Source: an uncultured Pseudobdellovibrionaceae bacterium
GTDB lineage: Bacteria > Bdellovibrionota > Bdellovibrionia > Bdellovibrionales > UBA1609
Assembly (NCBI GenBank): GCA_964389375.1
Contig: CAYMDP010000004.1
Coordinates: forward strand, 18,507-82,506
Direction of reading: 5' to 3'
Length of the DNA stretch: 64,000 bases
The translations under genes were made by a program, and so were the position numbers. Position 1 is the stretch's first letter; every line of letters begins with the position of its first letter. The notes beneath the pieces are model-generated. The model made no database searches and was not told the DNA's origin. It worked only from the letters and a program-made list of their open reading frames with translations. Below, in pieces: positions 17,954-27,896 of the stretch.

Positions 17954-17967
17954 CATTTGAATGTTGA

Positions 17968-17997
17968 GTCATGAGTCAGTTAGAGCTGACTCATGAC
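17968..17997 (+). terminator. Perfect 12-bp hairpin downstream of the helicase gene (terminator-like, no U tract)
   Basis: GTCATGAGTCAG (17968-17979) and CTGACTCATGAC (17986-17997) with a 6-nt loop, 15 nt after the stop. An A-rich rather than T-rich tract follows, so function is uncertain. Confidence 0.4.
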
Positions 17998-18182
17998 AAA
18001 AATCCCGTCTAAAAAAAATCAAAAGAATAGACCTAAGCTTAGTTTGTAAGGAACCTTTTAACAAAGATTCTTCACTCTAAATCGCTCCAGCTTTGGTGGA
18101 ATTCCTGTATCCAGGTCCTATTCGGGGAGGCAGAGCTTCCACAACTAGGACCAGGAGCCCAAATCAATCCCCCAGCAGGATT

Positions 18183-18878
18183 TTAAACTTTGTGGACGAC
18201 TTTCTCGAAGGGCAGTCTAAATCTCGGACCCCAAGTTCCGCGCTCGCCTTCATAACCAACTCCTATCATCATGACGATTCGGGCTGATGAGCCTAACTTT
18301 AAAAGTCGCTTCATTCGGACTTCGTCAAAACCCTCCATCATGCAACTCGCTCCACCAAGTGCGGTGACCGCAAGAACAAAATTTTCGGCGGCAAGAGCTG
18401 CGGACTTGATGACCACTTCTTGCAGATGTCCGCGAGTTCCGGCCCCTCTAGTGATCGGCCTGAATAATCCAACTAAAAACAATGGCAGCCATTTAAAAGG
18501 TGCCAGAATATTAAAAAGCCCCCATCGATAACTGACTGGAATTAGATTTTGATAGTAAAATAATACGGGCTTTGGAGCCTTCGATTCTTCAACCCATTTT
18601 ACCAAAGGTCCTTGAGAGCGGCGCCAAAGTTTTGGATCGGCAACAACTGCAATTAACTGAGTGGCTGTGCGCGCGGCCGATTGGTTAAAACAATTCTCCT
18701 GGGCTTTTTTTAAAACTTCAGGATTCTTAATCCAGTAAAAATCCCAGGCTTGGACGTTGGAAGAGTTCGGAGCAAGAATCGCCGCCTTGAGCGCTTTTTC
18801 TATAGATTCGTCAGGGAAGAGTTCGGGCTTGAACTTCCGAATGCTTCTACGTTTTTCGACAACCTCAAAAAAATCCAA
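18183..18878 (-). CDS. Nitroreductase family protein
   Basis: TTG start preceded by GGGAGGGG. The N-terminus EKRRSIRKF is typical of the nitroreductase fold family. 231 aa. Confidence 0.75.
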   Translation of the reverse strand: MDFFEVVEKRRSIRKFKPELFPDESIEKALKAAILAPNSSNVQAWDFYWIKNPEVLKKAQENCFNQSAARTATQLIAVVADPKLWRRSQGPLVKWVEESKAPKPVLFYYQNLIPVSYRWGLFNILAPFKWLPLFLVGLFRPITRGAGTRGHLQEVVIKSAALAAENFVLAVTALGGASCMMEGFDEVRMKRLLKLGSSARIVMMIGVGYEGERGTWGPRFRLPFEKVVHKV

Positions 18879-18897
18879 AAACCCCTCCCAACTTTAA

Positions 18898-19075
18898 AAG
18901 GTTCCAGGTCCCAAGTGGTAGCAATACCGAGTCATCATAAGCCAGTCATCTGACCTTTGGCGCGATTTCACAACCATCTAGGCCATGGAGTCATTCGTTT
19001 ACGTATAAAGCATTCTGTGTGGAACCTTCAGTGCTCTATGACACGACTTAGCTACCACCTGGGACCTGGAACCTT
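18898..19075 (-). other. Long-range inverted repeat: candidate structured intercistronic RNA or MITE-like element
   Basis: AAGGTTCCAGGTCCCAAGTGGTAGC (18898-18922) against GCTACCACCTGGGACCTGGAACCTT (19051-19075) gives 24/25 complementary positions around a 128-nt interior. The single mismatch is A-C on the + strand but G-U on the - strand transcript. An extra copy of TGGAACCTTCA lies at 19020-19030. Confidence 0.6.
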
Positions 19076-21306
19076 CAAGATTGTAATGCATTGATTTTTT
19101 CTAAATCACCCACGACCCACAGAAGATCCTCAGCCTCGAGGACTAAAGATGAGTCCGGGCTTAATATCCGCTGGGTTCCGCGCTCGACTCCGACCACAAG
19201 GCCTGCAATGCGCTCACGAAGTCCACTGTCTCGCAGGATCTTTCCTGCGAAGGGGCTTTCTTTTCGGATTAACAAAGATTTTAAGCCAAAACTTGGATCG
19301 GTGGTTTCTGGAGCCCTAAGTTCAACCGGGCTTTCGAGTTGGATTTTTGCACGACTCAGTTGATCGTCAGAGCCAATAACAAACAATCGATCAAAAGGCA
19401 TTAGGACCCAATTTCGGTCAGGCGCAACAACTCGATCTTGTCCTCTTTCAATCAAGGCCACAGTGACGCCATATTCCTCTTTAATTCGTGATTGTTGAAG
19501 GCTTAAGCCCACTAAGGAGGAGTTTGGGTGAAGTACAAAATCTGATAAGGCGGCATCCCAAGGGGCAAGCCTTTGCTTTTGCACGGCCGAATCCGAGTCC
19601 TTTCCATTTGAAGACTCTAGGTTTTCGATAAAGCGACCCTCAAGATTTTTATAAAAAGAAGAGGGAAACTGAGCAAAGAAGACTAGGCTTAATAGAACGG
19701 CGAACAAAATAATTCCCGTAAGCGACTCTATAGGAATCAAAAGATTAACTAAAGATCCGGACAACCATACTACGTAAGAGCCTCGGGCAAGAAAGACCCC
19801 AAGACTAAGCTTTTCGATTCGCTCGCAACCGGCAGAAGGAACTTTTTTTGCGGGAGAACTTGCGAAGATGACCCGCAAAAATGGAGTCGCAAGTCCTCCA
19901 GCTATTACTGTTAAGGCCAATAAAGACCAGTCGTGTTCAAGTGGAAGAATCTTGTCCATAAAGGGCAATAGTGCATGCCGTGCTAGCAAAAATATCGAAA
20001 GGGCTAAGATGGAGTTGATTAACATTCTCCAGCCGTAGGCCTGCCAAAGAAGGCCAGAGATTCCAGATTTGTTCCCTTCTTTTTGGAGAGCCGCTTGGTA
20101 GCGTTCAAGTTGCCGCAAAAGAATTTTTGGCAAAGTGCGCTCAATCCAGCGGTAGGTTCCATCAGAATGTTTAATTAAATAGGGTGTCGAAAAAGTCGTA
20201 ATTGCAGAGACAGCGACAGCGATGGGGTAAAGAAATTCGCTGGTCACTTTCAAAGTCAGACCTAGGGTTGCAATAATAAATGAGAATTCCCCAATTTGCG
20301 CCAAGCTTAAGCCCGCTTGGACCGAATGTTTTAAACTTCGACCAGCGACCAAGGCTCCAATGCATGAGCTTAAAAACTTTCCGCCGATAGTCAGAGTAGT
20401 AATCAGTAAAACTTCGGGGCCATAATCCCAAAGAACTTTAGGATCGATCAACATTCCGACGGATACAAAGAAAACGGCGGCGAAAAGATTTTTAATGGGC
20501 TCGATTAGTTTTTCGATGCGGTGACCTTGATTAGTTTCGGCCAATAAGGATCCCATAACGAAGGCACCAAGGGCCGGTGAAAAGCCGACATTTGTTGCGA
20601 TAATCACCATCATCAAACAAAGTCCAAGGGCCACCACCAAAGTTGTTTCGTCGCTTAAAAGTTTTCGAATTTTTTGTAGAAGTGGGGGGAGTAGATAGAT
20701 CCCTAGGATAAACCAAAGGATTAAGAAGAATCCAAGGCGGGCGCCGGACAGAAGTAATTCTGTTCCGGCCAAGGTCTGTGAGATCGCAACAGTGGATAGT
20801 AAAACCAGTAACAAAATGGCCAAGATATCTTCAACAACTAAAACCCCAAAGACCAGGGGCACAAAGCCTCGTCCACGAATTCCAAGTTCATCAAAGGCGC
20901 GAACAATGATTGTGGTCGAGGAAATCGAAAGTATGCCTCCAAGAAAGATGCTATCCATTCGGCTCCAGCCTAAAAATTGGCCGACAAAATAACCAATGGA
21001 CAACATAAAAGCGATTTCAAACACGGCGGTAATGGATGCCGTAGAGCCCACGCGAGACAGCTTTTTAAAGCTAAACTCAAGACCCAATGCGAAGAGTAAG
21101 ATGATTACCCCAATCTCGGCCCAGACATTGACGGAGTTGATATCTTTTACGGTTGGGGTGAAGGGGACGTGGGAGCTGAGTAAAAAGCCAGCAATTAGGT
21201 AGCCCAACACAACGGGCTGTCCCATTTTTTTAAAGAGCAGGGTAACCACCGCGGCCGTAACTAGGATAAAGCCAAGGTCCTGAATAAGTAAGGGCAAGTG
21301 AAGCAT
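19075..21306 (-). CDS. Monovalent cation:proton antiporter (CPA2/Kef-type) with C-terminal TrkA-C (RCK_C) domains
   Basis: 743 aa. The N-terminus [38 protein letters not shown] and a polytopic core are typical of CPA2. The soluble C-terminal ~200 aa contains two repeated RCK_C-like units. Confidence 0.8.
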   Translation of the reverse strand: MLHLPLLIQDLGFILVTAAVVTLLFKKMGQPVVLGYLIAGFLLSSHVPFTPTVKDINSVNVWAEIGVIILLFALGLEFSFKKLSRVGSTASITAVFEIAFMLSIGYFVGQFLGWSRMDSIFLGGILSISSTTIIVRAFDELGIRGRGFVPLVFGVLVVEDILAILLLVLLSTVAISQTLAGTELLLSGARLGFFLILWFILGIYLLPPLLQKIRKLLSDETTLVVALGLCLMMVIIATNVGFSPALGAFVMGSLLAETNQGHRIEKLIEPIKNLFAAVFFVSVGMLIDPKVLWDYGPEVLLITTLTIGGKFLSSCIGALVAGRSLKHSVQAGLSLAQIGEFSFIIATLGLTLKVTSEFLYPIAVAVSAITTFSTPYLIKHSDGTYRWIERTLPKILLRQLERYQAALQKEGNKSGISGLLWQAYGWRMLINSILALSIFLLARHALLPFMDKILPLEHDWSLLALTVIAGGLATPFLRVIFASSPAKKVPSAGCERIEKLSLGVFLARGSYVVWLSGSLVNLLIPIESLTGIILFAVLLSLVFFAQFPSSFYKNLEGRFIENLESSNGKDSDSAVQKQRLAPWDAALSDFVLHPNSSLVGLSLQQSRIKEEYGVTVALIERGQDRVVAPDRNWVLMPFDRLFVIGSDDQLSRAKIQLESPVELRAPETTDPSFGLKSLLIRKESPFAGKILRDSGLRERIAGLVVGVERGTQRILSPDSSLVLEAEDLLWVVGDLEKINALQS

Positions 21307-21405
21307 TGGCTTATGCTATCGGCAGTCTTGGATAGATTCAAGGACTTCGAATTGACTTTTGTTATTGTTGGACTAGCTTCAGGGCACATCCCGGAGGGTG
21401 AATCT

Positions 21406-21957
21406 ATGCATGCCTGGCACGATGTTGATTTTGGAGACGAAGCACCGAAACATGTAATGGCCGTCATCGAGGTCCCAAAGGGCTCGAAGGTCAAATATGA
21501 ATTGGACAAACAAAGTGGTCTGATCAAAGTGGATCGGATTTTATTTAGCTCAGTTCATTACCCTGCAAACTATGGCTTTATTCCAAGAAGCTACTGCGAA
21601 GATAAAGATCCTCTAGATATTTTGGTCTTGGGACAAGAGCCGGTTCTTCCATTGTCCTTGATGTTGGCCAAGCCCATCGGAGTGATGAAGATGGTTGATC
21701 AAGGTGAAGCCGATGATAAAATTATTGCGGTCCATGTTCATGATCCAGAATATGCCCACTACAATTCGATCGACGAGCTTCCTCCGCACAGACTTTCTGA
21801 GGTGCGACGTTTTTTCGAAGACTATAAATCCTTAGAAGGAAAGTCCGTTGTGGTCGAAAGGTTTCTAAATCGTGATGAGGCTTTGAAGATCACTCAACAG
21901 GCCATCGATCTATATCGTAGCTTAGCTACTGAGTTAAATCCGAGCCGAAGTTTTTAA
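21406..21957 (+). CDS. ppa: Inorganic pyrophosphatase (family I)
   Basis: ATG at 21406 after [38 protein letters not shown] and [10 protein letters not shown] are the conserved family I PPase blocks. 183 aa. Confidence 0.9.
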   Translation: MHAWHDVDFGDEAPKHVMAVIEVPKGSKVKYELDKQSGLIKVDRILFSSVHYPANYGFIPRSYCEDKDPLDILVLGQEPVLPLSLMLAKPIGVMKMVDQGEADDKIIAVHVHDPEYAHYNSIDELPPHRLSEVRRFFEDYKSLEGKSVVVERFLNRDEALKITQQAIDLYRSLATELNPSRSF

Positions 21958-22012
21958 ATTTGGCAATAAGGCCTCGGTTTTGGGTGGCATCAATCTTGTT
22001 ACATAGGCTTAT

Positions 22013-23122
22013 ATGCTTCGTCAGATTCAATACATTCTATTTCTAGCACTTTGGATGCCGTTTTACGCGGCCTCTGTTGAATCGATAGTCATTCCCAGTC
22101 TGTGGGATCCAGGGGCTAGAGAAGGTGTGGCTTCGGGCTATCTTAGATACATTATTCCGGCAGAGGAAGGGGTTTCGTCTTTTCAACCCATAAGAAATTA
22201 CCTTTTATACCTTCAGAGCCCTGAAAATATAGCTCTACAAAGCGTCGTTCCGATATCTGAGTGGAAGAAACTTTCGAGTTCAATTCCCGTTCGGCCGCTT
22301 CCCCCTGCGGAGAAGGGCCGTCCCAGGGTTTTGTTACTGGCAAATAGAACTTCAGATCACCAAGCAAATCCAAAGCGCTTACTTGATATTATTGCTCAGC
22401 TTGAAGAGCGGGGAGCGGAGGCTTTTGTGCTTCCGGTTGGGGCTGTCGGCCGATTATCTGCCTCTGAAAAAGTCACCTTTTATCAACACCTAGGTCAAAT
22501 GTTTGGACAACAGCGCGCAGCCGCATTCCCTTTGGGGGGGCAGGACATTGACCCAAGTCAATATGGAGAAGAGGTTAATGGGGCCGTCGGAACAAATGCT
22601 CGGATGGATGAAGAAGAGATAGATGTTATTCGTGGAATTTATGATCATACAGAAATGCATATCATCGGAATTTGTCGAGGTGACCAGGCTATAGGAGTCG
22701 CTTTCGGATGCAAAATGCACCAACATATTTTTAGCAAAGAGGGGCCGGGAACTCGGGTCGCTACTGAGGGTAATGTTTTAAGAAGTAATCGAGTGCTAAG
22801 AACGAATTATCAAGTTTTAGAAGCGCTCCTTGAAGACGTTGATGCCCTGAGAAGGTCTGGAGATGGCCGATACAGAGCTAGACTGGTTCATGATCATCAT
22901 CAAGCCGTGGCTCTCGAAAAGGGTCAGCCTCTTCGTCGACCACAAGATCCGATCCTTGAGCCCAATATGCGTCTAGGTGACGGCAGTGTGATTACTGGTT
23001 TTGAGTCAGTGGATCGCAATGGGCGAGTCGTTCTTGGTTTTCAACCTCATATCGAGCGAGAGCGTGACGGTCTTGGCGGAAAAATATTCGGAGCCATTTG
23101 CGAGAGAGTTCTTAAGGATTAA
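22013..23122 (+). CDS. Exported class-I glutamine amidotransferase-like / peptidase C26 family protein
   Basis: Signal peptide, IGICRGDQ (nucleophile-Cys elbow) and FQPHIE (His-Glu pair). Confidence 0.6.
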   Translation: MLRQIQYILFLALWMPFYAASVESIVIPSLWDPGAREGVASGYLRYIIPAEEGVSSFQPIRNYLLYLQSPENIALQSVVPISEWKKLSSSIPVRPLPPAEKGRPRVLLLANRTSDHQANPKRLLDIIAQLEERGAEAFVLPVGAVGRLSASEKVTFYQHLGQMFGQQRAAAFPLGGQDIDPSQYGEEVNGAVGTNARMDEEEIDVIRGIYDHTEMHIIGICRGDQAIGVAFGCKMHQHIFSKEGPGTRVATEGNVLRSNRVLRTNYQVLEALLEDVDALRRSGDGRYRARLVHDHHQAVALEKGQPLRRPQDPILEPNMRLGDGSVITGFESVDRNGRVVLGFQPHIERERDGLGGKIFGAICERVLKD

Positions 23123-23302
23123 TTTATCGGACTTAGGCTTCTATAAAATCTGTTTGTTTACATTTTTACATGGCAAAAATCCTGACATCTATGAATCTTT
23201 CGCAGGATAAGTTACACTCTGCCCACGTATAAACGCGCTGTCGACACAAAGACTTTGAGACCTGAGATCGATAACTGACTTTAGAAATCGTGAGGAAAAA
23301 AT

Positions 23303-24934
23303 ATGAACAAGAAATTACTTTTAAGACACTCTTTGATCTCGGTACTTGTTCTATACTGTACAAGTTCTTTCGCGGTTAGACCAATTGATCGATGTGAGGG
23401 CGCTTTAGGGACTCAAGCCTCAGTCCAAAATTCAACTTTAAAAGTCGGTGATATTCTTGATGTCTACAAGTTGGGATTTACAAATGGTTTAGCCCTGGGC
23501 CAGCTTCGCGGAAATGGGAAAACTCTTCAAGAGGCGGGTTATGGGTCGAATGGTCAACGGACCTATTTGTCCACTTCATTTATAAATGAAGCGCAAATTG
23601 TAGGAGTATTCGAAAATCAACTCTGTCTCGTAAACGCGGCAGATGGTCGGGTTTTATATGTATTCCCGAATACGAATCTTCCGACAGATTCTCGGAATCA
23701 GTTTGGTCCTATGATTGGTCCAAATAAGGATTTGGCCATATTTGTTATTGATCGCCAGATTAGATTCTATGATCTTGCTAAGGAGAAATGGGTTAAGTCC
23801 ATTCTAATCACATCTAACTTTGCAAACGAAATTACGAGCAGCGTGAAGCTTTCTAAAGACGGTGAGCGAATCTTCTGGATGGGATCAAAAGGGAGCATGA
23901 AGATCATTTCGACTACGGATGATGCCTCCGCCTACTTCGAAGCCAATATACTTACAGAAGGTATGTTAGACGTGAAGGGGCATAGACCTCATGTGATTGA
24001 AAGTGAAAATGGACGTTATGTTTTCTTTGTAAACTATGATTTGGGCACTCCAAGTTCTGCGAGTAGTTTTTTATATGACCTTAAAGAGCAAAAGATGATT
24101 GCGCCTCCGAAGAAGAACTCTTTTTTAAGTTTGTTTAGAGGCTCCTCAGAGAGGGATCAGTTTTTCGCGGGCGTCACTTCTGCGGTATTTTCGGGTGACG
24201 ACAGGCTTATCGTTGAAATGGGAGAAGAGGGTGATCCGGTATCGACCGGAGTTCATTATTCTGCCCGCCACCGACGTGAGTTGGATCTGAAGACCGGTCA
24301 ATGGATTGCGCTTGGATTTCCTCAAGACAGCAGTCGGTTTACCCGTATTCGCGAAGGTCTTTCGGCCAGACTTTGGGATATATTTTCTTTGCCAGAAGTG
24401 GGCCTTCGGGTCACTGAATTGCCTGTGTTCCAGGATGGGTACTCAGTACGAAGAGCCATAGGCTCTAAAAGAGAAGGGCAGCTTCCATACTTAGTTGTAA
24501 CCGACGAGGCAGGACGCACTATCGAAATAGACCACAGCAGTGTCAGTTTAGCGCATTTCACTTCCAACGGGCGTGTATTCGATTCTTCACACTATGTATT
24601 TAAAGCCGTATACGATGCGGATGTGGCTAAGGAATTTGGATTTGATAAAGGTAGAGTGCCCTACCGCACGAAGCCCGAGGTCGAAATGGCTCATTTTCGG
24701 GCCAATAAACATAATCAGACCTCATGGTATGTGTTTGTTGGAAGTACAAAAAAGATTGAGCGGATTGTTATGGATGAATTTGATAAATATGCCGCCGAAA
24801 ATCCGATAGAAGCAAGGGCCCTCAATTTAATTGGCATTACTCCTGATTTTACGCGTTTAATTTTTGTCGGTCCGTCTTCGAAATGGATGAGCTTCGAAGT
24901 CAGTAGCCCAACTTTAGTGTTACGCGATCAATAA
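23303..24934 (+). CDS. Exported hypothetical protein (543 aa)
   Basis: Signal peptide MNKKLLLRHSLISVLVLYCTSSFA with RBS GAGGAAAAAA upstream. No family recognised. Repetitive beta-rich composition. Confidence 0.6.
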   Translation: MNKKLLLRHSLISVLVLYCTSSFAVRPIDRCEGALGTQASVQNSTLKVGDILDVYKLGFTNGLALGQLRGNGKTLQEAGYGSNGQRTYLSTSFINEAQIVGVFENQLCLVNAADGRVLYVFPNTNLPTDSRNQFGPMIGPNKDLAIFVIDRQIRFYDLAKEKWVKSILITSNFANEITSSVKLSKDGERIFWMGSKGSMKIISTTDDASAYFEANILTEGMLDVKGHRPHVIESENGRYVFFVNYDLGTPSSASSFLYDLKEQKMIAPPKKNSFLSLFRGSSERDQFFAGVTSAVFSGDDRLIVEMGEEGDPVSTGVHYSARHRRELDLKTGQWIALGFPQDSSRFTRIREGLSARLWDIFSLPEVGLRVTELPVFQDGYSVRRAIGSKREGQLPYLVVTDEAGRTIEIDHSSVSLAHFTSNGRVFDSSHYVFKAVYDADVAKEFGFDKGRVPYRTKPEVEMAHFRANKHNQTSWYVFVGSTKKIERIVMDEFDKYAAENPIEARALNLIGITPDFTRLIFVGPSSKWMSFEVSSPTLVLRDQ

Positions 24935-24966
24935 CTACATTTGAGGGATAATTAATCCCTTGGTAC

Positions 24967-25027
24967 GCCGATCCTTTTTGCGACTAAGTGGGTCGCAAAA
25001 AAGATCGGCCTATCTTTATTCTTTTTT
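24967..25027 (+). terminator. Rho-independent terminator
   Basis: An 18-nt stem, GCCGATCCTTTTTGCGAC (24967-24984) with GTCGCAAAAAAGATCGGC (24992-25009), has one mismatch. A T-rich tract follows (TATCTTTATTCTTTTTT). Confidence 0.8.
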
Positions 25028-25204
25028 GGTAAAAGCGGTAATGACCTTTAAACAGCAAAGATGTTTGGCGGTAGTGAGCTAAAACATCGGTTCTAGGCTC
25101 TGTCTTGCTGCCTAGTGGAATGCCTTTTACATTATTCATATTCCATGATCTCTTAATTAGATCTTGTGATTTCGTTTGATCTAAATCTGAGCGAGGCATG
25201 GAAT

Positions 25205-25621
25205 ATGAAAACCCAACTGATTTTCCCGATGGCCTTTTATGTTCTGTATATTTGGTGTGTCACTTTGTACATGTTTCGTGTTCGTATTCGGGCGGTTAAG
25301 TCCGGCGAGGTGGCGATTCGCTACTTTAAGGCTTACACCGGGGCTCCCCCAACAGAACGGACTCAATTGGTGGCAAGACATTACGATAATCAATTTCAAG
25401 TCCCCATGTTATTTTTTGCGGTTGGAATTTTGCATACCTTTGTGGCGCGGATAGATACGGTGACTGTGGTCTTGGCTTGGGTATTTGTCTTGAGCCGACT
25501 TGCCCATGCTTGGGTGCACCTGGGTTCGAACCGGATTCAACATCGGTTTAAAGTCTTTGCAGCGGGATGGATTGTAATTCTACTTCTCTGGGCCCAGTTG
25601 GTTTATTTTTCTGTTCAATAA
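25205..25621 (+). CDS. MAPEG-like small membrane protein
   Basis: Internal ATG at 25205 after GAGG. Four hydrophobic segments. ARHYDNQFQVPMLFF and LSRLAHAWVH resemble MAPEG family blocks. Confidence 0.5.
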   Translation: MKTQLIFPMAFYVLYIWCVTLYMFRVRIRAVKSGEVAIRYFKAYTGAPPTERTQLVARHYDNQFQVPMLFFAVGILHTFVARIDTVTVVLAWVFVLSRLAHAWVHLGSNRIQHRFKVFAAGWIVILLLWAQLVYFSVQ

Positions 25622-25806
25622 GTTTGTATTTGCCCCAAGGAATGCTAAGCCAGCGGCCAGACGGCCTAGTCCAAAGTGACGCAGTTATCCTTTATCTATA
25701 TCGCCTAAGCCCAAGATATTTCTAATCCTTCTTTGTCGAACTTTATTTTACTCTTGCTCGGCCCCTTTGTTTGAATATGATCTTGGACAAGCATGTGGGG
25801 GTATTA

Positions 25807-27093
25807 ATGTCTAAGTTTTTAAGTATTCTAGTGGCGAGCTGTTTTATCTCTGGAGTCTCCCTAGCAGAATCTGATCTGCAGAAGGTTCTGGTCGTTTATA
25901 AAGATAATTCGGTCCGTGGATTACAAACTCTTTCGAATCAAAACCGAAACCAGCTATTAAGGCAAGTGACTGCAGAAAATGAAGCCAAGCTATTTGCGGG
26001 ACGATTTGGAGTTTTAAATAAAGGTGAAAGTTTGTGGATTCTAAATTCTACGATCTTGTCTGTTTCGGAAGCAGAGTCTAAACGAATTGGGACTTTATCT
26101 TTTGTAAACCAGGTGATTCCATTAGGTCGCCCCGTTCAAATTCTGCGGTCGGTGGAATTTGAGGCTTCTAACGAATTAGATCTTTTCACCTATGGACTGA
26201 TTAAAATTGGAGTTCCCCAAGTTCGGGCTCAGTATGTGGGTCTTGAGGGCCGGGGAGTGCGAGTTGGTGTTATCGACACCGGGATTACTCAACGACATCC
26301 AGATTTAACCGATCGAATTGTGGCCTTTCGCGATTTTATAAATCCAAATAACAAATTGGCTATGGATGATCACGGTCACGGGACCCATGTTGCGGGAACT
26401 ATTGCGGGGGGCTCAAGCTCTGGCCGCTCTATTGGTGTGGCACCCGGCGCAGATTTAATTGTGGCTAAAGGATTTAACTCACGCGGAAATTCAGAAGACA
26501 GTGAATTGTTAAAAGCTCTTCAGTGGATGGTCGATCCAGACGACAATCCCGAAACAGATGATGGGGCTCACATTATTAGCAATTCTTGGAATATGGGAGT
26601 CCGGGTCGGAACCTTAGAGCCCGAGTCCGAGCCCTTTTGTCAGATTATTATTCGTTTAAAAGAATTTGGAGTTTTACCTGTTTTTGCTGCTGGTAATGAT
26701 GGGCCCCGTGAAAATTCAATTACACCTCCGGGTGCTTGCCCCGAATCTTTAACCGTAGGCGCGACAAATTCTTCAGACGGGATGGCGGATTTTTCGTCTC
26801 GGGGACCAGTGCGATGGAAGAATCAGACTGTAGAAAAGCCGGATGTGACGGCTCCTGGAGTTGGTGTTTACTCTGCGGACTTAGGGGCAAGATACCGAAC
26901 ACGTTCTGGGACTTCGATGGCGACTCCTCACGTAGCCGGAGCTTTGGCTGTGATGAAGCAACTTTATCCTGAGCTTGGTCCCGATGAGTTGTCGGACTTG
27001 CTTCGTGAGTCTTCAGATAGCTTCGGCAGAACCGGGTATCATCCAGGATTTGGACTTGGCCGTATCGATCTTTTAAAAGCGGTCACCGAGTAA
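25807..27093 (+). CDS. Secreted subtilisin-like serine protease (peptidase S8)
   Basis: ATG at 25807 after GGGGG. Signal peptide. The Asp/His/Ser triad motifs are VIDTGI, HGHGTHVAG and GTSMATPHVAG. Confidence 0.9.
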   Translation: MSKFLSILVASCFISGVSLAESDLQKVLVVYKDNSVRGLQTLSNQNRNQLLRQVTAENEAKLFAGRFGVLNKGESLWILNSTILSVSEAESKRIGTLSFVNQVIPLGRPVQILRSVEFEASNELDLFTYGLIKIGVPQVRAQYVGLEGRGVRVGVIDTGITQRHPDLTDRIVAFRDFINPNNKLAMDDHGHGTHVAGTIAGGSSSGRSIGVAPGADLIVAKGFNSRGNSEDSELLKALQWMVDPDDNPETDDGAHIISNSWNMGVRVGTLEPESEPFCQIIIRLKEFGVLPVFAAGNDGPRENSITPPGACPESLTVGATNSSDGMADFSSRGPVRWKNQTVEKPDVTAPGVGVYSADLGARYRTRSGTSMATPHVAGALAVMKQLYPELGPDELSDLLRESSDSFGRTGYHPGFGLGRIDLLKAVTE

Positions 27094-27165
27094 ACCTAAA
27101 TTATTGATTCTCAGTTTTTGAACAGTCATGTAATGGCCGGGTTTTGCTTGCAAAATCTCCGTTTC

Positions 27166-27195
27166 TTGACATTTCATGAAATGTCATGATAAACT
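27166..27195 (+). promoter_or_regulatory. Candidate sigma70 promoter with an overlapping 18-bp perfect palindrome (operator) for the RHH-Doc operon
   Basis: TTGACA at 27166-27171. The perfect palindrome GACATTTCATGAAATGTC spans 27168-27185. An extended -10-like TGATAAACT lies at 27187-27195. The antitoxin ATG at 27204 would leave almost no leader. Confidence 0.55.
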
Positions 27196-27203
27196 TGCCC
27201 ATT

Positions 27204-27416
27204 ATGAAAGCCAAAAAATTTGCCACACAAATTGATGAAAAAGTGCTGAAGGATCTGAAGTCCTATGTGATTCAGACAGATCGAAGTATTTCAAGTGTGG
27301 TGAATGAGGCTGTGGCTGAGTATCTTCAAAGATCCAGACTTCGGCCGGCCTTTCGAGAGGCTATGGACGAAGTTTTAAACGAACATCAAGAATTGTTAAA
27401 ACGACTGGCTAAATGA
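27204..27416 (+). CDS. Ribbon-helix-helix antitoxin (Phd/CopG-like)
   Basis: 70 aa. MKAKKFATQIDEKVLKDLKSYVIQTDRSISSVVNEAVAEYL fits a beta-strand plus two helices of the RHH fold. The stop overlaps the Doc start (ATGA at 27413-27416). Confidence 0.7.
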   Translation: MKAKKFATQIDEKVLKDLKSYVIQTDRSISSVVNEAVAEYLQRSRLRPAFREAMDEVLNEHQELLKRLAK

Positions 27417-27793
27417 AGGCCGTTCTTTACCCAAGCCTGATTGAAACCTTAGAACTTCACATTCGATTGATCGATCGATTTGGCGGCAAGGGGGGAGTCA
27501 GAGACATGGGGCTGTTAGAGAGCGCCCTTATGCGTCCGCAGACTGGTTATTACAATTCCCTTTCTCTTCAGGCAGCGGCGCTACTACAAAGTCTTGCGCG
27601 TAACCATGGATTCGTTGATGGAAACAAACGGATCGCATTTGCAAGTAGTGCAATTTTTCTTCGCATGAATGGCTATCGCTTAAAGGTAGATGCCGACAAC
27701 GGAGAGGCCTTTATTATCGATAGAGTCCTTAAGGCTAAGGCAGAAATCGATGAGATCGCGGCCTGGTTAGAACAGCATATGAAGTCAGTGTGA
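27413..27793 (+). CDS. doc: Doc (death-on-curing) / Fic-fold toxin
   Basis: 126 aa. HGFVDGNKRIAF matches the Doc/Fic motif H-x-F-x-D-x-N-K-R. Confidence 0.85.
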   Translation: MKAVLYPSLIETLELHIRLIDRFGGKGGVRDMGLLESALMRPQTGYYNSLSLQAAALLQSLARNHGFVDGNKRIAFASSAIFLRMNGYRLKVDADNGEAFIIDRVLKAKAEIDEIAAWLEQHMKSV

Positions 27794-27896
27794 TTCAAAA
27801 TGGGTCAATCGTGAGGGTTTGGACCCTAAAATGCGAAGTCTTAACTAGGTCCGATCCGAATGTTTTTTGAGGTAGATTCCGATAAGTAGGGACTCT

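Noticed and set aside
17421-17960. Four ORFs in other frames or strands (17421-17612, 17561-17806, 17574-17960, 17578-17817) lie over the helicase 3' end.
   Set aside because: They coincide exactly with the repetitive R/G/D-coding DNA of the helicase tail. Their translations are low-complexity mirror images (S/P/R-rich or A/V-rich), which is a classic shadow-ORF artefact.
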